64,000 nt of DNA from the NCBI RefSeq assembly GCF_009914755.1, contig NC_060936.1; one strand, 5' to 3'. This DNA is from the human T2T-CHM13v2.0 reference genome, Homo sapiens. Shown in pieces: positions 33,480-44,890 of the stretch (position 1 is the stretch's first letter; each line of letters opens with the position of its first letter). Both the position numbers and the translations under genes were made by a program. Below the pieces are notes generated by a model. The model was not told where the DNA came from. It searched no databases and saw only the letters and a list, made by a program, of their open reading frames with translations.

Positions 33480-34440
33480 GCTTTTCAGTTTTCTTTGGGC
33501 TCTCATCACTCAGGGTTTTAATCTTGTTTTCTTACTCTAGTTAGGCTACTTGTATGGACCTACCTTTCTAGCTTGATTCACTGTCTTTATGCAGGAGATT
33601 CTAAAATATGTATGTCTACCCTTGATTTTTTTTTCAGCTGAATATCATACTAGCTACTAGAAACAGCCATTTGAATATGTCAACGGTATTCAACCTGATA
33701 GTCTAAAATTGAACTCTTCACTTCTCTCACCCTACCCTTGCCACCCTCTCTGTTCCATATCAACAAATAGCACAGTTATGTACCCAGTAGCTAAGGCCAG
33801 ACTTACGTGTGTTGTTCATTCTTTTTTTTCTTCTCCCTTACCTCATGCATATAGTAAATCACAAAGGCTTATTGATTCTACCTGCTAAGTATCTCTCAAA
33901 TCCATTTAATTAGTCCTACCTTACTGATGCTCTCCTTATTATTTCTTTCTTGGATTACTGCAACAATTGCCCTTCCTAGTTCAATATGTTCATGTGGTGG
34001 TAATTCCTCTAAAACATTTATGTCCTGGCTTCTAACTGTTCACTGAACAACTTATCATTGTCTTCAAAATTAAGTCCAAGTCCTTCCCGTGACTTTTACT
34101 ACTCTAAGTAACGGCCCCAGCTTATCTCATTATTCTGCTCTTTTGTAATTTTTGCCCAAAGGCTAAGTTCCATCCAAAGTGAACTTCTTTTAGTTCTATG
34201 AAGAGGACTTTCTTTTTCAAACCTCTAGGTCTTGATATAAACCCCTTCAGCCCCTACCCTCCACGCCTTCACTGCCTATACCCTGGCAAGCTCATACTTA
34301 TTCAGGTCTCTGCTTAGACATCATTTCCTCTGGGAAAACTTTCCTAACGCCTTAAGGTCAGGTAAAATGTTTCTTCTGTGTGTTCACATGGAACCATGTG
34401 TCACTCACATCATAACATGTAGCACACCATGTCCCTCCCA
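33480..34440 (+). mobile_element. L2 fragment (probably continuous with 32280-32640)
   Basis: Pyrimidine-rich L2 motifs (tgattctacctgctaagtatctctcaaatccat, cttggattactgcaaca, atcatttcctctgggaaaactttcct). Confidence 0.72.
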
Positions 34441-34457
34441 CCTCCAGTACTCTAGAT

Positions 34458-34722
34458 GAAAATTATTGTTTATGTGGCAAGAACACTTAACATGAGATCT
34501 GTCCTCTTAACAAATTTTAAAATATACAATGCATTATTGTTAACTGTAGGCACAATGTTGTATAGCAGATGTCTAGAACCTAATCATCTTGAATAACGAA
34601 AACCTTATACTCATTGATTAGTAACTTCTCAGTTCCCCATCCCTCCAGCCACTGGCAACCACTACTGCACTCCCTGCTTTTATGTGTTTGAATATTTTAG
34701 ATACCTCATATAAGTGGAATCA
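34458..34722 (-). mobile_element. L1MA9/10-like 3' fragment
   Basis: aagaacacttaacatgagatctgtcctcttaacaaatttt...gatacctcatataagtggaatca. Confidence 0.8.
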
Positions 34723-35031
34723 AGTTTTTTTATTTGCCAGTTCTTAATTGGATTATTGGCTTCAGGGTGGAGCCCTTGGAGGAACAGGGCCAGGATAACA
34801 TGCATTGTTAGGGCCTAATAGGCACAGCTGAAGGCAAAGACAAATCCCCAAAATTAAGGGTCCCATTTTATACTGGATCTTAGATCCCCAACAGGAAGGA
34901 GATACTATGGGAGAAGACAGCACATATCATGCATTTCATAATAAGGCAACCCAAAGCCAATCAACTTATTTTGTAATCAGCCCATCCCCCATGGGAATCT
35001 CATCTCTTAGTGTGGGGGGTGGGGATGTTTC

Positions 35032-35619
35032 TGTGTCCAGAGTTGGTTCCTTCCAGTGGGTTCTTCATCTCACTGACTTCAAGAATGAAGCCGTGGACCT
35101 TTGCGGTGAGTGTTACAGCTCTTAAAGGTGGCATGGACCCAAAGAGTGAGCAGCAGCAGGATTTATTGTGAAGAGTGAAAGAACAAAGTTTCCACAGCAT
35201 GGAAGGGGATGCAAGTGGGTTGCCGCTGGTGGCTGGGGTGGCCAGCTTTTATTTCCTTATTTGTCCCTGCTCACGTCCTGCTGATTGGTCTGTTTTACAG
35301 AGTGCTGATTGGTCCATTTTACAGAGCGCTGATTGGTCCATTTTACAGTGTGCTGATTGGTCCATTTTACAAACCTCTAGGTAGCCACAGAGTGCTGATT
35401 GGTGCGTTTTTACAGAGCACAGATTGGTGGATTTTACAAACCTCTAGCTAGCTACAGAGCGCTGATGGCTGTGTTTTTACAGAGCACAGATCGGTACATT
35501 TTACAAACCTCTAGCTAGGTACAGAGCACTGATTGGTACATTTTACAAACCTCTTGTAAGACAGAAAAGTTCTCCAAGTCCCCACTTGACCCAGGAAGTC
35601 CAGCTGGCTTCACCTCTCA
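35032..35619 (-). mobile_element. LTR12F (ERV9 family) solo LTR
   Basis: The minus strand starts tgagaggtgaagccagctggacttcctgggtc and ends ...ctctggacaca; tandem ctgattgg repeats; near-TSD tttc/tttg. Confidence 0.9.
35280..35540 (-). promoter_or_regulatory. Tandem CCAAT (NF-Y) array in the LTR12F U3
   Basis: Seven intact gattgg (CCAATC on minus) units plus two degenerate ones (gatgg, gatcgg), upstream of an AATAAAA TATA-like element near 35247-35253. Confidence 0.75.
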
Positions 35620-38019
35620 TTTGCATATCTTTCAGGTGACCAAGAGCATGCTTCTGTGATTCAAATGTACAAAGAGTTAAGTATCCCTCCTTAACTATTA
35701 GTTATCTTTTAAAGTATATTTCCTACCTAGTTGTTACATATCAAAGCTCTCATAATATGAAGTAATTTGATACCCCCAAAACTAAAAACTTAGATAACAC
35801 AGTGTAAAACAGAACAGAGCCTATGATTTTGAGAGGGAACTCTCTGCTTTTAATTCCTAGGGTTTCATGAAGAAAAAAGGTTTTTTTCTGAAAACAGGTT
35901 TTTTCCCAAAATAGGGTCTGTGACACCTCCTTTGTTTTTCCCAAGGAGTCCCAGGCTACCAGAATTTATCTTAAGGCCTCTCATGTGTGCTTTAAGAGTG
36001 GCAAGACAAAAAATGGAGAAAAATAATTCAGTCGACTGAGAAGGAGAAAAAAATTTCCAGAAAAATAAGATTCAAGAAGAGAAAAATGTAAAGGCCTTTT
36101 AAATATACTTGTAACTTGGATATCCACTTTTAATTAAGCTGAGCACTCTTTAAGAAAATCCTTCTAAATCCCTTGTTACTTGACTTTAGCCACACCAAGC
36201 AGTTAAGATTTTCGGCTTTTGAACTTTACAAAGAGTAACCTCACAGGTGAAACCAAGAAGTCTTAATTAGGTTATGACTTAACTGCGAGTGTACAAGGAA
36301 TTTTCAAAGGGGTGATAAGCAGCTTTTGAAACTGTCATTGCATTTGGTTGAAAGTGTGAGACAAGATCAGCAGCTCTTTGCAATGGCATGTAATTTCAGA
36401 TTATCATATACTTACTGTTGCAAGAGCCTGGTATTCAAAGCTGCTACAGCAATTTGGGGTTCTTGGCTTTGGACTGGTTTCCCAGATGTTATAATTCTTT
36501 CTGGGACACTTATTTAGAAGTCTACTGTCAAGGAAGCCACATGTGAACTTCTTTGACTATTCCTAAATCAGGATCATAACCCATTTTCATATGCCACATT
36601 ATAGTGACTTTAAAATCTTTTAAGTAGAAATGTTTGCTTGGGTAGTGAGACTTTTTAGAAGCAAAAATACTATTTTGTATCTTTTTTGTCAGTTTAGATT
36701 ATGTTAAACAAGAAGTCTTTTGGATTATACCAGAATTTACTTGGCTCTTTCTGCAAAACTTCTCTAGTCATCAGACCATAGAAAGAGGGCTTGATTAAAT
36801 TGAATCAAGTAACTTTTTCTATACCCTTCAGTGATTTGACTTTAAGCCACAGTTGGAAGAGAACAGTTTCCTGCCTTTGTCAGGTTCTGGAAAGATTTAT
36901 TTGTTTCACTACCTATTTCTTCACTTGACACAGAGTAGTGGCACGTTATTGTTTTTTCTTGGAGACTGCAGTGTCTAGAGAAACTCTAATTGTACTTCTC
37001 TAGTTGAATCCCAATATTAAAGTCTTTTAAGTATTTTATAAAGGCTTTTAAGTATTATAAAGGCTTTAGCATTTTAAAATCTGACTTTATTCAGAAAACT
37101 TTTCCTTTTATAGGAGAATATTAATATTATTTATTTAAAATGAAGGGATATATAGCTGGGAATTATCCTTTAGAAAGTATGTTTTGTAAAGGACTTGTTC
37201 TATTTCTGAGTTCTTGTTTCTTTCACATGTTTTAAGAAAGTGCTGAATGATTGATTAAATAAACTTTAGATCGGTTAACACCTGATAGTGAGAAGACTGC
37301 TCCTTGGAATTTCTGTTTTAATTTCTCTTTATCCTCTTGTCTAATAACTATGATAGGCAAAATTTATGATCTGTCTCTCTATCTCAACTTACCTTGTTCC
37401 AGATGTACATTTTTGATGTCTGTTATTCCAGTTATCATGTATTTAATATAATTTCCTCATTTGCTACAACATGGAAATAGGCTTTTTTACTAAAAATTAT
37501 AAAGTAATTATGTCTTCTATGTTTATATTCTTAATAATATTGACATATCTGTTAATAATATGTAATGCTAATGAATAATTTAGTTTCCTTAGTGATAGTT
37601 TCCATGATGTTATAACTAACATCCCTACCTATGAAAATGTAGGGAGCTGTCTGAAGCCCAGGAAGGTCAGGAAGGTGTTAAGAACCAGGACAATGTATTT
37701 AACCTATCACAATCAAAATGCCATTCAGCCTTTGCCCTCAATATTTGACAGCAAATGAATTGGTCATTTTCTCACAAATATCCTGCCTTGAGCTACCACT
37801 TGTCTGCCTTGTAACTCATCTTTTCCATGACCTAGTTCTTAACCTGGTTTTTGTCTTTAAGTTGTCACTATAAAATCTCTAACTGGGAGATATCTTTGGT
37901 TGCATTGTTCCTCTTATTAGTCTCAACACCTCATATTTATTATTATATCAAAGGGTATGGTCAGGAAGACAAATTGTATTTGCTAGAGGAAAAATAAAAT
38001 TAGTTCTGTGTGCCCTTGA

Positions 38020-38420
38020 CTCTATATATTTGTAGTGGTTTTGGGGTCAGACTCTGCTTCAAATCCTGCTTCTGCCACTTCTCAAACTCTCTTGTCCCAG
38101 GTATAATAATTATAGATAATAGTTATCAAGACCTAACTCTTTGCCAGGTGCTGTGTTACATGATTGATGTGTATCATTTTATTTAATGCTCATGACAGTT
38201 TAGGAGGAGAGACAGACCACTAACAGAGGTTAAGTAGTTTGCTGACCATCATGTAGCTGATATCATGTCAGGCAGAGTCAGAATTCAAATGCAGGCTTTC
38301 TCGCTCCAGAGAACTGGCAGTGTTAGCTACATGGAGTTTTCCTAGGTATAAAGTAAAAATGATAATATCGTATCTACTTCATAGGATTAGTGTGGTGATT
38401 AAGTCATAGAATATCTGAAA
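38020..38420. mobile_element. MIR fragments in both orientations
   Basis: ggggtcagactctgcttcaaatcctgcttctgccactt (+), agaggttaagtagtttgc (-), tctacttcataggattagtgtg (+). Confidence 0.7.
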
Positions 38421-39005
38421 AATACATTCTCTTCTGTTTAAAATAAACTTTTATTCACCAAACATTAGCAGACTCTCAGGGAACATTGCTTTTATCCATT
38501 AAACAAAGGTGATCTTTGCTGGAAACCCAGTGGCTTTGTGATACAATTCATTATGCTGGACTAAAAAGCAGAAAGCATTATGGCTTTAGGATGACATGGA
38601 AAAACATACACTGAAAAGACTGATAGCTGGATGACCCTCCACAGTATCTAGCAGCATCCCACTGGGCTCTGGATCTGCCAGATTCCTCAGCCTATCAGTC
38701 TTTGGGATGATGGTGAGAGAAGTAGCTAAAGGAATCAGAATTACAAAAAGTATCCATAGGATGGTGTGATGGCTTGAAAGTACCAGGACTAAAATGAGAG
38801 ACAACTTTAAATTCTACACTTGTATTAAGTATCTCCCCGAAAAATAGAGAAGTTTGTTTTTAGTAAAGCTCTTACACTTCTAGTCGACTGGAGGCTAAAT
38901 GGGAATCACCAGTGTGACATGACTGTTAAAGGAGCTAATGAGTCATAGGTAGCATTGTTTTCTAAAATAAGGAAATTAATAGTACACTGCAGTATCAGAC
39001 CATGT

Positions 39006-39473
39006 TGCCCAGTCTGTCCTGCAGACTGTGGCAGAGCAACAGATGAAAGGATTTCTCAGACACAGGTATCCAGTAAAAGAGTGGGCTAGGGGACTGCTGG
39101 CACTAGGGGCCCAAGAGAGTTAGCAGCCCCCCTAAGCTGGCAACGCTCACATTTATTTAGTACAGATTTAATGACAAAGGCTTGGAGCAAACACAATTTG
39201 TGGGTAATAAACATTGTCGACCCCCTGAGTAGAGAGCATCCTGAGCACGAATCATCAAAGGTTGGTTTCTGGAGACAGGAGTAAACAAATTTATCTAGAT
39301 CGATTTCTTTACATTCCCTTATTATCTGCCCTCACCCTTTGCCAGGGTAAGAACAGCTGCCTTCAGCTCATTCTTCCCTGAAGCTTTGCAAAACCTCCTG
39401 GCCTTCCAAGAAGGTTTGCCTTTTTCCCTACAATTTTTATAACTTTTCCTACCAGCCTGACTGATCTCCTACA
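39006..39473 (-). repeat. 3' LTR (LTR22 family), 468 bp
   Basis: Minus strand tgtaggagatcagtcagg...gactgggca; preceded by the PPT agaaaagggggaga (39474-39487). Confidence 0.95.
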
Positions 39474-40178
39474 TCTCCCCCTTTTCTGATTTTTGCATCA
39501 GGTTTTGTTGATTGAAGAGTATAGATGTGTGCAGCAACAGGTTTGTCAGGTGCCACGGTTATAACTCATGTTCTGGCTTTGCATCCTAGAATTAGTAAAT
39601 AACATAAGACAAACATGAGTATAATCAGTAACATTCTTTTCTAATCAAGGAGTGACATGTAGTATTACTTGGCACCTCAGTTCAATGTGTGCCGTTACTA
39701 AGGAACCCCCCACTAGGGGTATGTTAACCCCTTTCAGCTAAGCAGTTATGTTATTAGAGACTGCCCAAGTAACAGGGTGGAAGAAAGGCAGATCTAAGAG
39801 ATGAGCCTAATAGAGTGTAGCAGGTGCAGGTTGCAGGCAGAGCGAGAGCATAAAAAGGATAAATACCCTATGAGAGTTGTGATGTACAACAGAGAGTATA
39901 GCAAGGAACAGATTATCTGAAGTGAATGGTGTCTGTTTCTGGAGCAGGATTCACTCAGCCTCCTGAGTTGTCTTCTTCAGCATTTCCTAGGTAATGTCCG
40001 GGGCTTGTGTCATCCAAGGAAGCTGCATCGTCCAGGGCTGTGGGTTCTGCAGGGACATTTCCTTCATTTCTGATACCAGGTTGGGTCCTAGCCACACCAT
40101 GGTATGGGTTTGATGTGTCGTGCTGGAATCCACAGAGGACCTGAGGGGGTATGAACACAAGCATATTCTCTTCCCCAT
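39474..40178 (-). pseudogene. HML-5 env remnant (signal peptide, start of SU, TM anchor and tail; central part deleted)
   Basis: DIT*EMLKKTTQEAE*ILL...TLY*AHLLD...VTWA aligns with the HERV-K env N terminus; MLLIILMFVLCYLLILGCK...RKGGD runs into the PPT. Confidence 0.82.
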
Positions 40179-42630
40179 GTTAGCAATTTGTTTGGACCAC
40201 TACATACATTACTGTTTACGTCTTTCCATAAAACTGCGGGTTTTATGTCTAGAGAGGTTTTAGCAAAGTGCTTTTCTATAGCTAATTGGAATTTATTATT
40301 TAAATTTAAAAAATTAAGGGTAAATAAGGCTTGTGCTAGTAGTGTTGCAGGGTCCTTACTCATATTCCCCCTTTTTTGTTTTCTGAGCATATTTTTAAGA
40401 GTGGAATGGACACATTCTACTGTGGCCTGCCCTTGAGAGTTATATGGGATGCCTGTGGAATGTTGGATGTTCCACATGTGGCAAAATCGTTGAAATTGTG
40501 AGCTGGCATAAGTCGGACCATTACCAGTTTTAATTTTTGTGGGCCACCCCATAAATGCAAAAGTTGAGAGAAGATGTTTAATAACATATTGGTTGGACTT
40601 TCCAGGAAGAGCATGTGTGCTAATTAGGTGAGAATAGGTGTCAATGGATACATGTACATATGTAGTTTTAGTTTTCTGAATTCAGAGACATATGTAACAT
40701 CTGTTTGCCAAAACTGATTAGGTTCTAGTCCTCTAGGGTTAACACTTGTTGAAGGAGGGGACATGCCTGTGAGCTGGCAATCTGGGCATTGCAGGATAAT
40801 TTGTTTAGCTAGTCTTTGGGTAAGTTGAAATTGTTCAGTTAAGTTCCTCCAGTTTTGGTGGAAAAATTGATGTGATTGGGTGGCTTGGTCAAGCAGTGAG
40901 GTCATAACTTGCAGGTCTGCTTGATTATTACTGTAAGCCAGTGGGCCAGGCAGTGAGCTGTGGGCTTGAATATGTGTGATAAAAATAGGACGTGTATGTT
41001 GATCCAGCAATTGCTGAAGTTGAAGAAAAAGTGCACACAGGGTGGGCTCAAGAGTGGACTTAATGAGAGCTGTTTCAAGGTTCTGCAATAAATAGAGTAA
41101 GCAGAGTCACTAATAATATTGATAGGCTGAACGGAAAAGGTCTCCAGGGCCAATATTAAGGCTCTAACTTCAGCTCTCTGAATGTTAGTAAGTCCAGAAC
41201 GAGTGAGGGAATTATGTGGTCTCCACCAAACAGCCACTTTTCCATTTTTACCAGAGCTGTCAGTAAAAGGTGTTAAAGCTTTAGGTATGGGGGAGTGAAC
41301 TACTTTTGTAGGCACAACTACAGGAGTACGAGATAAGAACTGAATTAGTTTGTCAGCAGAAAGGGCATGCTCTATATGGCCTGTATAATCAGAGAGTGTT
41401 ATCTGAAGATCTAGAGATAGGGGCATTATTGCTTAAAATTGCTTTTTACTTGAAGTAATTCTTATGACATCAGGGTCATAACCTAGCAACTGATTGCATC
41501 ATCTGTGGCCTGTATAGATGAGTTTACTACCTAGCTGGATATAGGGAGATAGTGTTTTAGTCCCGGTATGTGAGCAAAAATCTCATTCTAGGAAGTATAG
41601 CCTTGGGGCCATCTGTCCTATTAATCTTGTTGGGGAATGTTTAGTAGGAAAAACAAACAATTGGACTGAATATTTTGGGTCTGTGCAATCTAGTTGCCTC
41701 TGAGAAATAGTATGCTCTATTTCCTTAATTTCCCTTTTTGCTGCAGGAGTTAAATGCCTGAGAGAGTCTAGGGTTGTATTGCCTTTTGGGATAGAAAACA
41801 GGTTTTGTAACTTATCAGTAGTTATGTTCAAGGAGGGGCGAAGCCAATTAATATTACCCAGTAATTTTTGATAATCATTTAAGGTGTGTAAGTTGCTAGT
41901 ATTTAACCTTTTGAGGTCTTATTGACCAGGAAGTTAATATGTATCCAAGATACTTCCAAGGAGAAGACAATTTTACTTTCTCAGGTACTATGATTAAACT
42001 TCCTAACTGTGTGTTCTTTATGACAGAGGCATATAAACTTAAAAGTACTGGCTCCACTGGGGCTGCTAGTAAAATATCATCCATAAAATGAATAATCTTG
42101 CAATTAGGAAATTTTTTTTCTACTGGGGAGCAAAGCCTGATTTACATGATACTGACACATGGTAGGACTGTTTAGCATTCCTTGAGGAAGTACTTTCCAA
42201 TGAAATTGGTGAGCTGGCCTTTCATTATTGATAGTTGGTATTGTAAATGCAAATTTTTCTCTGTCCTGTTTTGCAAGGGGAATAGTATAAAAGCAGTCTT
42301 TTAAGTCAACAATAACTATAGGCCAATCTTGAGGAATCGCTGTGGGGGAAGGGAGGGCCTGTTGAAGGGGCCCCATAGGTTGCAAATTAGCGTTGATAGC
42401 CCATAAGTCATGCAAAAGTCTCCATTTGCAAGATCTTTTGGGAATGACAAAAATGGGTGAATTCCAAAGGCTGTTTGATATTCTATACGGCTGGCTTTAA
42501 ATTGCTCCTCAACTAATTCATGGGCTCGTAATTTCTCTCCCTTTAAAGGCTACTGTTCTATCCAAATAGGACTTTGAGAGAGCTATGTCAGGGGTAGGGG
42601 AGGAATAACAGTGGCCGTTATTAGAAAGGG
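40088..42630 (-). pseudogene. HML-5 pol (RT, RNase H, integrase), disrupted
   Basis: [45 protein letters not shown] zinc finger, WQTDVT, TGIPYNSQGQA. Confidence 0.93.
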
Positions 42631-43271
42631 GTCTGCAGAGTGACCTCAATTAACCCTCTTGTAAATGGGCTAGCGGCTCCATTTTCTCTAATGCTTTTTC
42701 TTATCTCTTGATAAGCGTCAAAAGAAATGGGTTCATAGAACTGATTGCCTTGTTGATCTTGTATTACTGGGCAGGCTAAGAGCTCCCCTTCTAATGACAC
42801 TTGCCTAAGATAGGGTCCCACAGCTGTAGTGTATCCCTTGTCTTTTTTCCAATTTATTGGAGGAGGGGGCTTAGGCAAAACCTGCATTTCCTCTTTGTTA
42901 TTTTTGCCCAGTAATGGCTTGGCTGAGGGAGAAGGAGGAGGTAGTAAGGTAGGTGATAGTTCTTCCTCCCTTTCCCATTTAGGCTCTTCTGTGTGGAGTG
43001 GGATCAAAGCAGCCCTAACTAAAGCCCATAATGTTAGAGTTGTTACTGGGACCCTTTGCCTTTGTGCATGATATTGTTTAAGATTTCTTCCCACTTGTTC
43101 CCAGAGTTCTACATCTAGCGTACCTTCTTCTAGGAACCATGGGATATGGGATACAACAGTTTGCATTAGGTCCCTTAATTGAGCCTATGAAACTGAGGCT
43201 GTGGTAGCTTTAAGCAGCTGCTTCAATACTTTTATATACTGTTGCTCTTGAGCTGATAACTGTTGTCCCAT
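42621..43271 (-). pseudogene. HML-5 gag (MA through the start of CA) fused to the last codons of pro
   Basis: ATG at 43271: MGQQLSAQEQQYIKVLKQLLKATTASVS*AQLRDLMQ..., then PWFLEEGTLDVELWEQVG (betaretroviral MA), ENGAASPF (CA start), VTLQTPF*. Confidence 0.88.
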
Positions 43272-43403
43272 GATGAAACCCTAGCCTGAATAATTCCCTT
43301 AAACTTGGAAATCCCGAGTGGGCACCAATGACTTACTGACTTACTGACTGTGCAGTCTCTTCACTTCCATTTTAGAGGGTTCCATTGTGATCTGTTGCAG
43401 TAT

Positions 43404-43421
43404 TCCTCACATGGGGTACCA
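43404..43421 (-). promoter_or_regulatory. Primer binding site for tRNA-Met (elongator)
   Basis: tggtaccccatgtgagga versus the tRNA-Met 3' complement tggtgccccgtgtgagga (16/18, both differences G>A); lies 2 nt inside the 5' LTR. A Met PBS is characteristic of HML-5. Confidence 0.9.
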
Positions 43422-43423
43422 CC

Positions 43424-43893
43424 TGCCAAGTCTGTCCTGCAGACTCTGGCCAAGCAACAGATGAAAGAAGTACTCAGACACAGGTATCCAGTGAAAGAGC
43501 AGGCTAGGGGACTGCTGGCATTAGGGGCTGAAGAGAGTTAGCAGCCCCCGAAGCCGGCGATGCTCACATTTATTTAGTACAGATTTAATGACAAAGGCTT
43601 GGAGCAAACACAATTTGTGGGTAACAAACATTGTTGACTCCCTGAGTAGAGAGCAGTCCTGAGTGTGAATGATCAAAGGTTGGTTTCTGGAGACAGGAGT
43701 AAACAAATTTATCTAGATAGGTTTCTTTACATTCCCTTATTATCTGCCCTCGCCCTTTGCCCCAGGGTAAGAACAGCTGCCTTCAGCTCATTCTTCCCCA
43801 AAGCTTTGCAAAGCTTCCCGGCCTTCCAAGAAAGTTAGTGTCTTTCCCTATAATTTTTATAACTTTTCCCACAACCCTGACCGATCTCCTACA
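43424..43893 (-). repeat. 5' LTR (LTR22 family), 470 bp
   Basis: Minus strand tgtaggagatcggtcaggg...gacttggca; direct repeat of 39006-39473 with about 45 differences by hand count. Confidence 0.95.
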
Positions 43894-44489
43894 CCATGTC
43901 TAGCACATTTTCACCACATCTCAAGTCTATATTCTTGAAGGTTCATTGGCCATTTGATTATATTTGGAGGCCAGACCACTTGAATAAAGGCTTTTCTGAC
44001 CATTTTATTTCAGGAATTGTTCAATCTGGGTTTTAGCTTGGGGAATATTATCACTATCTTCAAATACTTGAAGAGCTGTCATGTATAATTGGGAGTAGAC
44101 TTAATCTGTATAGTGCTGGAGCACAGAAAGAGGAAGGATGAATGGATCATAGTTATAGAGCTTCAGTTGGGGCTTAATATAAGCAATAACTTTTTAACTG
44201 TTAGAGCCACGTAAAACTAAAGTGCCTGCTTTGTTGGTAAAGCAATGAGTTCCTTACTGGTAGAAGTGTTCGAGAAACTGTGAGATAGACTGCCTATCAG
44301 GGAGAATATAGATAAGATTTCTGCTTTGAGTGATTGGTTAAACCTTCTGACTTCTAATACCTCTACCTAGTCCAAAATTCTTTAGTATTACAAAAAAGAT
44401 ACAAGTGTTTGCAATAGAGCAAAGTATTGCCTCAAAATGAAATCTAAATGAAGAGAAAATGGGTTCTACTACAAAAATTACCTTTTCAA

Positions 44490-44890
44490 GAGATGTTCAC
44501 TCATATATGGAATTGCAAAGAAAAAAAATGTAGGTATCATAGAAGCAGAGAGTAGAACAGTGATTACCAGAGATAGGAAGGTGAGGGGGAGGAGAGAATG
44601 GGGAGAGGTTGGTCAAAGAGCAGAGAGTTACAATTAGATAGGAGGAGTAAGTTGTGGTGTTCTATTGCACAGTAGGGTGATGATGGTTAACAGTAAGGTA
44701 TTGTATATTACACAATAGCTAGAAGAGAGCCTTTGAATGTTCTCATCACAAAGAAAGGATAAATGCATGAGTTGATGGATACACCAAATACCCTGACTTG
44801 ATCATTATGCAATATATATATGTATCAAAACACTAAATTGTACCCTGTAAATATGTAGAATTACAATATGCCAATGAAAAATTTAAAAAT
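44490..44890 (+). mobile_element. L1MA 3' end
   Basis: atcatagaagcagagagtagaacagtgattaccagag...ccctgacttgatcattatgcaa. Confidence 0.85.

Larger units (their letters stand above)
34725..36345 (-). mobile_element. ERV1 (MER4-group) internal fragment interrupted by LTR12F
   Basis: Typical MER4-group internal sequence (ggagaaaaataattcagtcgactgagaag, gtaacctcacaggtgaaacc); it resumes across the LTR12F insertion. Confidence 0.7.
39006..43893 (-). mobile_element. HERV-K(HML-5)/HERVK22 provirus, internally deleted (4888 bp)
   Basis: Two LTR22-type LTRs, 6-bp TSD ccatgt (39000-39005 and 43894-43899), tRNA-Met PBS, PPT, betaretroviral gag/pol/env remnants. Confidence 0.93.
38880..44390 (+). mobile_element. 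L3/CR1 relic split by the HML-5 provirus (38880-39005 and 43894-44390)
   Basis: CR1 motifs cagtgtgacatgactgttaaaggagctaatg before the provirus; tcttcaaatacttgaagagctgtcatg and aactttttaactgttagagc after it. Confidence 0.68.

Noticed and set aside
35280-35555. Regularly spaced repeats resembling a CRISPR array
   Set aside because: They are the U3 tandem CCAAT repeats of an LTR12 element; there are no unique spacers or cas genes and the context is eukaryotic.
42621-43166. 181-aa gag ORF as a domesticated gene
   Set aside because: The true myristoylation start (MGQ, 43271) is cut off by a TAG at codon 29, and CA/NC are deleted.
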